Below, in pieces: positions 51,616 to 64,000 of a DNA stretch of 64,000 bases. The notes below the pieces were generated by a model. The model saw only the letters and a program-made list of their open reading frames with translations. It ran no database searches and had not been told where the DNA came from. The translations under genes were made by a program, and so were the position numbers. Position 1 is the first letter of the stretch. Each line of letters opens with the position of its first letter. Origin of the DNA: Callorhinchus milii (Eukaryota); contig NW_024704743.1 of NCBI RefSeq assembly GCF_018977255.1, positions 114,330,001 to 114,394,000 of the forward strand, in the 5' to 3' direction.

Positions 51616-54600
51616 AAAGCATAATAATCGAATCACACATAAAGACTCTTTGTAAAGTGCTGAAAGGCTGATGTGGACGGGCCTTGACCAGAATAATTTC
51701 ACAGGATTCAAAACCTTTAAAATTTAACTCTTCCAATCCTCCAAGTGAATAAAAAAAATCTTCATTTGTAGCAGGTATAGGATTTAATTTTGTTATCCTT
51801 TCGTAAAAGAAAGGAATTCCTTAACAGCTCTGATGCCTTACACACCTTTGCCATTTATACATGCCAGACAGCTAACATGGCCTGTGTTTGTGAATAGCCG
51901 TCAAGTCCCGCTGTCTAAACATTTTAGTTTTGACAATCCCACATCCAAATTTTGAGCATTGTTGATTTAATCGAATTCTTTCCCCTTCCGCTCCTCTGCC
52001 CACCCAAGCTTCCCAGGTCTCTCTTCAAACAGAGAGAAAGAATAACTGTGTCTTTCAGACAGAATGTCCTTGCTTCCCAGAACTCAGCCCATTCAATCTA
52101 TTGAGGGCTGTGGAAACAAACGTGAAATGAAGCCTAGCAACTGACTTCGACACATGCACACACACAGTCTGTGAGCTGGAGGGTGAGACCTACCCTCATC
52201 TCCACATGAATGAAGAGATTAAGATTTGTCTGGGCGATGCAAGGTCATTGACAGCCAGTGTCAACAGCTCTTTCGGCCCTCCCGATGCCAAACTGTCAAA
52301 GAACAGATCTCACCACAAGAGCATCTCTTGCTTGTTGATCGTATCTTGCACACTGTCACCTGTTGAACACTGGGACCCGTTCAGCTAAGCTCAAACCTAT
52401 CTTCCCAGCGTTTGCACTCCTCTCCTCTCTCTGCCCTGAACCTGGACTTGTGCCGGACGATATCACATTACTTGCCTGATGCCTGCACAGGCGTGCCAGG
52501 AAGAACAGGAGACAAACAGGGATTTGAATCAGACTATTTACATCAGTCTGTTTGCTTTGGAGCCAGTTTCAAGCCAGCATCAGGAGGCAATTGTGTAAGT
52601 GCCTCTTCTCAGGAACATACCTGCCATTTATTTGCTGAAAAGTAAGACTCCTGAACAACAACAACATTTTTTAGTCAGAATGCCATAGCTAATGCCTTGT
52701 CTCTACAAATGAGCTGAGTTAATCCAGACTTTCAAATTATTTGTCAGGCAACAAGCAATCTTGCTGTGATTAATAGCCCTCTGCATGTATTCAATCGATT
52801 TATTTTACAATAAGAAAAAATATATAATCCCTAGTAACTAATATCTGTTTAAGTCTTGCCATCAATGAAGCAGAATGGCCAGATTTACAGACCTCTGTGT
52901 GACTGCTGCCAAATGCTCCCCAGTGATCGGCCAGCAGGAGACATGCCTCTGTGGGCCAGGACAGGTCTTGCCAGTTCCTCTCCTCTCTTGAGATGGAGCA
53001 GAGCACTTTATCCAGCTGCACAGCCGACAACTGGCAAAAACTACCCTTTCAGTGCAAATGTCAGCCGAGGCTGAAGTCCAAGTACAAGCTCTGTGGTTAA
53101 GGAGCAATGCTAGACCACCCGGAACTACATGAGATTTGACAGTCTATCCTGTTTACTGTGACTCATTTGGTTTCAATTGTGTTCCAAAACAATTTTTCCT
53201 AACCAAAAAATTACTTTTAAGTTTGGGTTAGCATTTCTTAATGACAGTCCACAGCAACCCTACATTTTAACCTTGCACTCTCCGAACAGCACTCGAGATC
53301 TTTCACTGCACATAGTTTCAAGAAAATGTTCTGTAATATCTTGCGCAAATAGAACCTGATGGAATTGTAACCATTTTTATGGTGCAGAGAGCTACGCTGC
53401 CGGATGTGACCAATGCTTTTTCGGAGGCAGTGGAGCAGTGCCTAGTTCACCCTGGTCTGTGCTAGGCTGGCCAATACAGTTGGTTGGTGCCCCAAATATG
53501 ATCTGCATCCCTCAGTTTGTGGAAAATGTGGCACAATTAGTTTAAGATTCCCCAAATGCATCAGTTTGATTTTACGTAGAATCATACAATCCAAGAAGAT
53601 CCCAGTTTAAAACCTAGCCGGTGCTTATCAGGATGTGGAACCAAGCAGTGTTGGAAGTGTGGAGATTGGGTGAGGCCTGGATTAAACTGAATAAGATAAT
53701 GTTAATCATAATTATAATCGGTACATTTGATAGAACAGCTATTAGGTTGAAACCTCTTAAAGGGCTTCAGAGTTTTTCTTGTAAAATGCAGTGATTGTAC
53801 TCATAGGTGCACAAGGCAGCCAATTTACAAGTGAAGTGAATGACCAATTTTACCTGGGGGATTGTTGGCCAGGAAACTGAGAAATTCCCTTCTCTTTTCA
53901 AATAGTGCCACAAGATTTCTAATGTCTGCCTGAACAGCACTGCCCTGGAGTGTCAGCCTAGATTGCGTGCTCAAAGTCTCGACAGAGAACCTGACTTGGT
54001 TATAATAGGAGCACACATGAACACTTGAAGTCCTGAAAGTGTGACAGTACCCATATCTCTGGGTATCACCCATCAGGAGAAAGGGGATGGCAGAAACTTG
54101 CAAACAAAAATCTCACCCAGTATTAAACGCAGAATTTACTGTGACATCCACCACCTCCACCCACCCCCACCCCCACCCCCCACACCACACCCCCCCCAGC
54201 TGTTTGAACAATTAATGGCACTCGTTGCAAAAACTTCATCTGTAAAAATCAGTAGTTTGGGAGTCAGGTTTGTGTCTCCGATCAATGGAGCAGTGTGCAA
54301 GTAACGCTGACAAATCTAACCAGAGCAACTGGGGATGGAGTGCAGGCAGAGTGCCTGCCAAGATGATTCAGCATGTTTAAATTACATTCAAGGATTGGCG
54401 TCCAATAATTACAGGCTTACTATCAGGAGACTGGAAAAAGTACTGGAAGTTCTAAATGGCACCAAGTGCGGCTTCAGTGACGCTGCCTCCAAAACATTCT
54501 AAATGGAAGGAAATGATTTGATCTAAAGCCTTGTGACAGACTTAGCTAAACAGTAGTCAGATTTTTCTTCCCGATATAGAGTTAAAAATGGGATGTAGGA

Positions 54601-55052
54601 CATTCCAATTCTGGAGATTCCACAATCTATGATCATTGCCTGGGAACCACCATCCACACGCTCACCCCTTTCAGAAACAGCACTAAAATTCTGGGATTTG
54701 CAGGTTGGTAGGTTCAAAGCCATCGCCAACTGATTCGACGGCTATTAAGCTTGGCTATGGACAAAAGCATTGGAACAAAGTAAAGCACTTGTTCAACTGT
54801 GGGCAGTTGTCATTGAATGGAACATCTCCAGGAGTAGAATATTGGGTACAATTCTGCAGGGCTATTTTAAACGATTAATTGGGCAGGATTCTGTAAATAG
54901 CAGCAAATCATCAAAGGTTGTGGGTTCAAATCCCTCGTCAACTCACAGTCTCAATGAAGTACTGGAGTGAGGGGTGGTGCATTATTAGAGATCTCATCTT
55001 TCGGATGAAATGTTAAACTGAGGTCCTATCTGCCAGTTCTGGTGGATGTTAA

Positions 55053-57200
55053 ACAACAACAACAATTTGGATTTATATAGCGCTCTCCACGCTGGACGGC
55101 ATCTCAGAGCGCTTCACAGTAACGAATCCCGGGGCCGAGCCAGGGGGAGGGGGAGGAAGGTGACCAAAGGCGCGGTCAAGAAGAAAGGTCTTCAACAGAG
55201 ACCTGAAAATGGGAAGGAAGGAAGCGAGACAAAGGGAGTGAGGAAGGGAGTTCCAGAGCCTCAGGGCATAGTAGCTGAAGGCACAGCTGCCGAAGGTGGA
55301 GTGGAGGACTCGGGGGACGAGGAGGAGGCCAGACCCGGAGGAATGAAGACAACAGGTACTGTTTTGAGGAGAGAGGAGTTTAGAAAGGTAGTGGGTGCAG
55401 AGGAATGGAGGGATTTGAATACAAGGGTGAGGATCTTGAAATCGATTCTCTCTGGGATAGGTAGCCAGTGCAGTCTGGCAAGGACTGGGGTGATTGGGGA
55501 GTTGGTGTGGGTGAGAATGCGGGCGGCAGAGTTTTGAATGATCTGGATTTTATGGATGGTAGTGGAGGGCAGACCAACGAGGAGGGGGGTTAGAAAAGTC
55601 CAGCTGAGAGGTGACAAAAACATGGACCAGGGTTTCAGCGGCTTTCGGAGAGAGGTATTGGCAGAGACGGGTGATGCGTCGGAGGTGGAAAAAAGCAGTG
55701 CTTGTGAGGGACCGGATGTGTGGGAGGAAGGATAATTGGAGGTCGAACCTGATGCCTAAGTTGAGTACGGGTTCGGAGAGTTTTAAGGTGGAGGAGGTGA
55801 GAGCCGTGAGATTTTAGACGTTGATGAGAGCCAAAGAGTATGGCTTCCGTCTTTGTCAACGGTCAGCTGAAGGAAATTTGCGCTCATCCAGGCCCTGAGG
55901 TCTGACAGGCAGGCTGACAGAACATCAGAGGACTGGGGGTCACAAAGAGAGGTGGAAAAATAGAGTTGGGTGTCCTCCACGTACATGTGGAAATGTACCC
56001 CATGTCTGCGGATGATATCCCTAAAAGGAAGCATGTAGATCAGAAAGAGGAGGGGGCCAAAGATGGATCCTTGGGGTACCCCGCAGGTAACCGGGTGAGA
56101 GCGGGAGGAGAAGCCGTTTGTGCAGATGTACTGCTGGCAGTTTGTGAGGTAAGACTTGAACCAGACGAGTGCGATCTCACTGAGATGGATGACGGAGGAA
56201 AGGCGGTGGAGGAGGATGGCGTGATCGACTGTGTTGAACGCCGCGGAGAGGTCCAGGAGGACAAGGAGGCAGAGGGAGCCCTGGTCACAGATAGAGAGGA
56301 TGTCATTTATGACTTTCACAAGTGCAATCTCTGTACTGTGGGCAGGGCGGAAACCAGACTGGAGGGGTTCGAAGAAGGAGTGGGAGGAGAGGTGTGCGTG
56401 AAGTTGATTGGTAACAACGCGTTCTAGGACTTTTGAGAGGAAGGACAGGTTAGAAATGGGATGGTAATGGCTGTGGTTTGAGGGATCCAGGGAAGATGTT
56501 TTGAGGAGGGGGGTGATGACAGCAATTTTGAGGGGGGCAGGGACTGATCCGGAGGAGAAGGACTGGTTGATGACATCAGCCAGTAGTGGGCAGAGGAGGG
56601 GGAGCTGGGTGACCAGCAAATTGGTGGGGAGGGGGTTGAGGCAGCAGGTGGTGGTTTCATGGAGCTGATGGTGGGTGAGAGGGAGGAGGGAGAGATGGGG
56701 AGGAAGGAATGTAGGATGGGGGTGGAGGTAGGAGCAGATGATGGGGAGGGTGAGGGGTACAGAGGATGGCGGATGCAGAAGAGTCGAGGGATTTGAAGAC
56801 AAGGGTGAGGATCTTGAAGTCAATCCTCTCTGGGACAGGCAGCCAGTGCAGTCTGGCAAGGACTGGGGTAATTGGGGAGCAGAGTTTGGTGCGGGTAAGA
56901 ATGTGGGCGGCAGAGTTTTGTATGACCTGGATTTTATTGATGGTAGTGGAGGGGAGACCGACGAGGAGGGCATTTGAATAGTCCAGCCGAGAGGTGACAA
57001 AGGCATGGACCAGGGTTTCAGCGGCTTTTGGAGTGAGGTATTGGCGGAGACGGGTGATGCGTCGGAGGTGGAAGAAAGCGGTGCTGATAGGGACTGGATG
57101 TGGAGGAGGAAGGATAATTGGGGGTCGAACCTGATGCCTAGGTAGTGTATGGGTTCGGAGAGTTTTAGGGGGAAGTCGGGTAGGTGGAGGAGGTGAGAAC
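55053..57200 (-). mobile_element. L2 LINE (tail type C) with a duplicated 3' ORF segment, inserted in a Deu-SINE (54912-55052 and about 57205-57310)
   Basis: RT motifs [26 protein letters not shown] and YVED (degraded YADD). 56768-57197 repeats 55391-55803 in the same orientation. Confidence 0.93.
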
Positions 57201-57477
57201 TGTGAGAACCAACAAAATACAGTCACTACACGACTATAGATCCAGTAAAGTTCTTTGAGATTTTTCAACAATGCAATAAGTCACAATATCAAGTGCAAGA
57301 ACATGATTATTTAGCAGCAATAATGTGCAGTGATGTAGAGAATATGAGTTTGCTGTTACTGTCAGGACAGGATTTTACACTGTCAGTTATTGGCCAGAAG
57401 TTGCAAGATTTAAGGAATTTCTTTAAGAAATATAATGTTGCTCTCAGTAATCATACTGACTGTGCAAGATTGGGCCA

Positions 57478-57616
57478 TACACTGTTGTGTGCAATTGACT
57501 GCCATGTTTTGCCCACAAAATATACAGTCAATTCACTTCATAGTTTATTCTATAAAGCGCTCTGAGACGCCTCGAAGACGTGATAAGGCACTATATCAAA
57601 TGCAAGGATTATTATT
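57478..57616 (+). mobile_element. 3' fragment of a tRNA-headed SINE
   Basis: TTTGCCCACAAAATATACAGTCAATTCAC...CAAATGCAAGGATTATTATT. Confidence 0.85.
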
Positions 57617-60600
57617 GTCATACTTGTGGGTGCACATTATTCAATCTAACCTCCTCTATGGCATTAAAAGGATCTTCTGAACTTGTTTAGTCACATGGCA
57701 GTAATGAGCACAGGTTGGTGTAATGTTTGTCAATTGTATGGAATATATTGGTTCGTTGAGATTAATAGAAAGAGACATAAAGGAATTGTGAAGCTAACAA
57801 AAGATATTATTTTTAATTTTCTGAATGCACACTTACTGTCACTTCTTTCTATTGCTGTCCTTAGCACCAAGCTGGAGCCAGCCTGGCCCAGTCACAACCT
57901 CCAGACTGAGAAGCTGTACAGTCTTTTCCTTAGGTGTGTTATCTATTCCTCATACTTATCCCTTTGGCATTAAAGGAGAGCTTTTGGCCCATTTTGTCTT
58001 CATAATGGTGGTTTATATCCATATGGCTTTGTTGTCTGGGAAACTACCTCAGCTCAAAAGTTGCAGCTATCACCTATGAAATCTCTTCACACACACACAT
58101 ACACACATACAAACACACACCATGTGCTTGTTCTAGTCTGTGAATTTCTGAATAGGGTTCCAAGAAGTCTGAGAGAGCATTTCAGTCTTTTTCTGGCATC
58201 GAACCTTCCAACAAGAACTGCTCTTTTCATAGCCTATCCTTGTCTTTTGCTCCCTGTTTCCCTTTCTGCTCATGTTTAGATGGTGATATATTTGCTTCAG
58301 TACAATTTAACTCTTTCTTGGGTTGCGATAGGTTGTTAGATTACATAGTGCTGCAGATAGGTACATAGATGAGTACCAAAGAAACCACATGTGGTTAGTG
58401 TGATTATTGTTAACAATTTTGCTGGTTGACAGGGGGTGAACGAGATTGCTTGACGTAAGCTAGAGGGTGGGTTCTGGACTAGCTGGGTGCTCAGTATGAG
58501 TTGTTTGGCCATTGCCTGTTTCCTTAAGTTTTCAGAAGGACACAACCTAAACCAAAGCCATCCTCTAGTGGATCTCAGAAGACAGACATGCATGAAGATG
58601 AAGTACCTCCAGTGATCTCCTGCTGAAATTTACTCCCATGTGGCTTAAATGACTTCACAAAACATTTTCATGCTACACTGCACATAGCTAGAAAAGTCAA
58701 ATGTTCCTCTACCTATGCAGTTATCTCTTGCCCACAGCCCTGGACTTTTAAACCTGTGAGATCTGACATATGTCTATACTTATCATGGGAAATTTAATCT
58801 TTCTCCTTGTGTCCTTTTTTGTTGGGTAGTGTGGATTGTCATATGGTCTTTAAATATTAAGGTGACACGATCAACCAGAAATGTGAAGCACACACCTTTG
58901 GTACTGTGCTAGAAAGTGCTTTTTGTTAGTGCATCAGCAGAAAGTGTTACCTTTCATTGGTTGTCATATGATGTGTAGTAATGTTTCCTATGCTCTATGA
59001 AAATGTCAGAACTGAGTGTACTGTTAGTACTCCGTACTAACCAGGTAAATGGAGTACTTTACCCGGCTACTGAAAATTGTAGTGTGTGCGGTGGGTGGGG
59101 AATAACTGTTATGTATTTATCCAGTCAATGAAGCCAGTAATTACCCCATTTTGCTGTCTAAAGTTTTTAAACATTCCCTTTTGGGCAGCGATTGACAAAC
59201 TGGTAATGCAGCATGTAGCCTCAGGGGTGTGGTCCAGGAGCACGAGAGCTGCAGCACACTCCATGTGCCTCATTCTCTAATAATACTAATATGGTGTGAG
59301 ACAGGATTGGGCTCAGATGTCTCTCTCGAGATCAAATTGCCTGCCAATACTTACTGTCCAGATTCAATAGGAAACATGGCCACTTTGGAAAGGTACTGGA
59401 GTGCTGGCAGGAGCCAATGAAACAGTACTTTAGAATAAGACGTTATTTTTAAGAGAGGAAAGAACTTGAAAGTCTGTGAGGATAAGGCAGGGCAGTGAGA
59501 TTGAGAGTGCAGCTTGCTCTGAGAGCCAGTGCAGACTCAATGGGACGAATGGTCTCCTTCTGCGATGTAAATTTGTATGATTCTGTAAGTGGATTGTAAT
59601 CCAGTCGGACACTGGCTAATTGTTCTCCTTCTGAGCCCATCAGCACTGAGGCAAATTGAAACTTCCAAACACAGCTCTAGCAGAGATTAGGTAACTTCAT
59701 ACGATGACATGAGGTGATATTGTCCACCAAACCATTGTGGAAAATGCTTTGACTTGCGAACAATCTCATCCCAGTTTCACAATCTGTTATTCCCAACTGG
59801 TTGTATGATATTTTTCCACTGTAGAATTATATATTTGATAAACACTGAGCAATACAACTCACTAAATTCATATTTGGGATTTTTTTTTCAAACCTGCTAT
59901 GAAGCAGGTGCACGAAGTGAAATTGCTTCTGCAGTAGGACACAGACAAAGAGAAGATAAGCTTGATTCTAGTTAATGGCTAGATTGAAGGAATGAATCAA
60001 GAATTACTCTCATCTAATTGACAGGTGCAGAATATCCTGTCTCCTGGGTTATTGCAGCAGACTCTGCATAACTTAATACGTTCTCAAGGCATCAGTGCAA
60101 ATACTAAAATACATTTCAAACATTTGTAAACCATTTGAAAGCGCCATCACTCCCACCTCCCAGTTCACACTTCTCAAAATGTTTATTGTCTTCACATATA
60201 CTGTGATATTTATTTGACAAAGGAAGGTCAACATTGTAGAAGTCAAAGTTCATTTCAGTGAAGCTATGTCAAAAGCATCCTGATGTTTACCTTTGAGATT
60301 GCTGAATATAAACATGGTCTATAAACATACTTACCATCCACCAATATCATTCAAATCCAACCGGCATATCCGTTCTCTTGGATATTGAAACTATTCTTCA
60401 CGTGTATGATAATTCTTGCATTTGTCATAGCGCCTTACCACATTGTCAAAACATCTCAATCTGCTTCACAGGATTTTCTGTAGAGTGGAGTGACTTTGTA
60501 TTTTGTAGCCGAATGTAAAAGCCAGCTTGCACACAACAGTATCTTTCATTGTTTGGATACTCTGAAGTACGGGATGGGTTCCCCATGTGTCAGACACTCA

Positions 60601-60629
60601 GCTGACCCCAAAAAAGTCAGGCTGACACT

Positions 60630-60940
60630 TGAAATGTCTCAAAGTGCTCTGCAATAATTCCTGTTAGTTGTAGTTACTGTGTACTTGTAGACAAACATGG
60701 CAGACAATTTGCGTGCAGCAGTATCCCACAAACAGCTGGGAAACAAACTTCCAATTTAACTAGCGGATTATTGGTGAGGACACTGGGAGAAACTTCCCTC
60801 TCTTTTTGAACAGCATTATATGTTCTTTCTCGACACTACCAACAGTGCAGAACTCCCTAGCCACAGAGTGGACTGTTAAATTAGACCATGCACTCCAAGG
60901 CTCCAACTTGGGAGTTCAACCCACAACCTTCTGAAGCTGA
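60630..60940 (-). mobile_element. Deu-domain SINE, decayed
   Basis: AACCCACAACCTTCTGA (head, reversed), GGACACTGGGAGAAACTTCC and CCCACAAACAGC. Confidence 0.7.
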
Positions 60941-61659
60941 GCCTTTTACCTCATCATCCACCTCCTGCACAGGTGTACATTTCACTCACACTTTAAAGGA
61001 AGAGAAATCAAAGATGGTTTGTAAGCAGAGGTATCAAAGAACAGTCACATTAACATGCCAAACATGATAGCTGGTGGTGCATTTCAAGGCGGATTGTAAT
61101 TTGTATCTGACAATGTTATAGTCACGTCACAAAGATTTCAATTAACATTTCAGCAGAAGTTTCCTTGTGGATATTCTTTGAATTAAAATTCATGTCAGAG
61201 TTAAGTGTGTTCTGAACCCCATAGAGAGGGCTTTAGTATTATATCTGTGTGCCAGATGAGACAGTTGGCAGGCATCTGTTCATAACAGTGTGCCCAGACT
61301 TTTCTCCATCCTTGTCTAGCAAAACCATTAATTTAAAGTTACATATGAATCCCAGCCAAAGTCCAATTTACTTGAGCTAGAAATATGACGTTTGAAGTGT
61401 ACAAAGTAGACCCAGAAGCTATAATTTCCCTGCAGATGCAATTCTCTTGAATAGAATATAAAAGTTAGCTTGGTGCACACATACACACATACAAAAAGAC
61501 TTCAGATAAAAGACAATATAATGTATGTAGCATATTCATTCCCAGACAAATTACATCAAACATGGAAACCATCTGGAAGGGCATCAGAATGTAAAAGGGA
61601 ATAGTCCATTTAGCCTATCCAGGGTAACTGTGTGGGCCTTAGCTCCTCCCGCTACTAAA

Positions 61660-62060
61660 AACATAATACTTTGCTATAGTGCCTTTCACTTTCAGAGAAT
61701 GCCTCGGTGTTTCACAGGAATTACTGTAAAGTGTAGTGACAGCGCATTTTATAGGCAAACACAGCAGCCAGTTTGCCCACAGACAGCAATGCAGCGAATG
61801 ACCAATCGTATCTCGGGGAATTATTGGCCAGGAGAAATTCCCTTTTCAGAACTTTTAACATCCACCTGTATTGGCAGAGGAAGGGTCTCAGTTTAAAAGG
61901 AAGGACTGCGCTCCCAACAATACAGCACCCTGCCCCCCGCCCCGAACACTGCAATGGAGCATCAACCTAGATTATAAGAGTTCAAAGTCCAAATATGGGG
62001 CCTGAACCCACAAACTTCTGATTCAGAGGCAAGGGAGTGCTGCCAGCTGAGCCAGGCTGA
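61660..62060 (-). mobile_element. Deu-domain SINE, near full length, decayed
   Basis: GAACCCACAAACTTCTGATTCAGAGGCAAG...CTGAGCCA head (reversed), plus core and tail motifs. Confidence 0.78.
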
Positions 62061-62777
62061 TACCTTCAATTTAGACTTTGTCCCCTTTGTAGTTGAACAA
62101 TCTTAGATCCAGATCAGCCTCTGCCAGAGACCTTTCCACAGGTTCTATACAACTGTACAATGACCATAAAGCGAGTCTGTATGCTATGCTTAACATTGAG
62201 ACAATGTCTTTTTCTTGGCTCTATCTGTACACCTCTCTGTTTTTTGGCCTGGAATCACCGGGTTCCATACTGGTGCTGCTTTCTTTCATTCAAGTTATTT
62301 TTAATTTTTTTACCTGCATTTGACAAAATTCCTGAAAATTACGCGAGTTGTTTCTTTTGTTTTTTCTAAGCAAAATTTTTGTGAAAATTTTTTCTAAACC
62401 CAGATTCCTCCATTGCTAAATTCAGGTGGACGATAAAGATTCCCCCATCCTTCCACCCCAGACTCAATCGGAAAAGCGAAAGGGGTGTTTCTCATGGTGT
62501 CAAGGGAGGTTGTGTTTTTCACCCACAAAATACACAGTTACTCCACTTTACAGTATATCTTGTGGAACACTCAACAACGTGATAAGGTGGCATATCAAAT
62601 GCAAAGATTATTTGTATATAAATATTTGTATATAAATCAATATATATGGAATAATGTTGATATACAGTAATATATATACAAATTTATAAGTCAGCTTTCA
62701 CTTCAGATTTTTCCTCCCGTTCCACCATACTTAAAAACTGTAATAGTTTTAGGACTAAGTTGCATTACCTTACATTT

Positions 62778-63106
62778 GGAGTCCTGTAGCTCAGTGGTTA
62801 GAGCACTCGCTTTGCAAGCGAGAGACCTGAGTTCAATTCCAGGCAGGGTGAAACCTTGGGCAAGTTTCCTTACTCCACACGCCTAATAATAATCCCTCCA
62901 AAAAAACAAAACAATAATAAATTGGTCATTTTCAATCCATGACTGTTTGTGGGACATTGCTGTGCGCAATTGGCTGCCGCGTTCGCCCACAAATATACAG
63001 TCAATTCACTTTACAGTGTGTTCTGTGAAGCGCTTTGGGACGTCCTCCCGACGTGAAAAGCGCTATATCAAATGCAAGGATTATTATTATTATTATTATT
63101 ATTATT
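62778..63106 (+). mobile_element. Full-length tRNA-headed SINE, short form
   Basis: Head GGAGTCCTGTAGCTCAGTGGTTAGAGCAC. Middle segment absent. Tail AGCGCTTTGGGACGTCCTCCCGACGTGAAAAGCGCT and a long (TTA)n. Confidence 0.95.
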
Positions 63107-63109
63107 GAA

Positions 63110-63270
63110 TATTCCTTCTTCAGAATATTCTGCTTCCCACACATTGCCACATAATCTACAACTGCAGACATGGGTCTTTCAATAGCCTCTTCGAGGTTGT
63201 TTATGAATAAAATACTGAGATCAAGAGAGAGCCCAGGAGTGTCCTCCCACTGATTCTGTTGGTCATAACT
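63110..63270 (-). mobile_element. Highly decayed CR1-type RT remnant
   Basis: PGLSLDLSILFINNLEEAIERPMSAVVDYVAMCG loosely resembles [37 protein letters not shown]. Confidence 0.5.
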
Positions 63271-64000
63271 GGCCAACGAACGTTATTTTCTTTCATTTTA
63301 TTGATTTGTTTTCTCATCTACAATTTCCTCTTCTAGTTGAAGAACTGTCATACTTTAGTCACATGTTTCCTCCTTTCAGATACAACAGCTTGCATTTATA
63401 TAGCCGCCCCTCATGTACACAAATGTCTGAATGCTTTACAAGGACACGGTTAGACCGTCGACAAAGGGAGAAGGGGGGGTGGGGGGGGGGGGTGGAGAGG
63501 GCAGCAGATGGGGAGGTGCCCGTAGACAAATACTTATTGACTTCAGTGTGTATTGAATTTCGCTTATGTTAATTATTTTTTGACCAACAGTAACATTATT
63601 CCATATATATTGATTTATATACAAACAGGCCCATAATTTCCAGCAAAATACTCTTGAACCTTATTTAAAAAAAACTAGAACAGCATTACCTATTTTCAAA
63701 CCTTCTGGATTATCCTCGTGTCCACAAAGTCCACAAAACCTTTTGGACACAGTGAGAACTTGTGTGGTTTCCATCTGGTTCTGAATGACAAATAACTTGC
63801 ATTTGTTGTGCACCAGGTTCTTTCATCGCACCTTCATATATTTTATACAGAGAAACAATTAATTTACAAACAGTAAACTCTCTTTTGGTCTTTTCCCAGG
63901 AAAAAGAAAGCCCCATATTGTGTACAGAGTTTTCTCTTCCTGATCATATATCAATGTATTCCTACAGATGCCTGTGTATCTGCTCAGATCTGCTCAATAC

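Larger units (their letters stand above)
62625..63625. repeat. Perfect 34-bp inverted repeat (62625-62658 and 63592-63625)
   Basis: TTTGTATATAAATCAATATATATGGAATAATGTT and its exact reverse complement. Confidence 0.95.

Noticed and set aside
62778..62850. tRNA gene (also heads near 4698, 21307, 24460 and 44040)
   Set aside because: These heads continue directly into a repeated SINE body and tail, so they are SINE heads.

Overview
Vertebrate genomic DNA that is non-coding, repeat-rich and looks intronic or intergenic. The repeat content (L2 LINEs with (TTG)n tails, a tRNA-headed SINE with an L2-type tail, older Deu-domain SINEs, CR1 3' ends with TTCTATGA tails) suggests a cartilaginous fish, most likely a chimaera or elephant shark; this is my inference from remembered consensus sequences. 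I found no intact host protein-coding gene. The long ORFs are pieces of L2 ORF2, including one nearly full-length but frameshifted copy at 35.3-38.6 kb on the minus strand. The only recognisable host-gene sequence is a decayed ~190-bp HSP70 fragment at 42.8-43.0 kb. The most unusual structures are: (1) a head-to-head dimer of two different SINE subfamilies, apparently inserted as one unit into a CR1 fragment; (2) two short inverted copies of nearby unique sequence that look like templated insertions; (3) compensatory base changes in the 3' stem-loop shared by L2 and SINE subfamilies, plus several tail-only copies cut at the stem base; (4) a three-level nested insertion. I cannot support a new multi-gene system here. 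Repeat boundaries were read by eye and are approximate.
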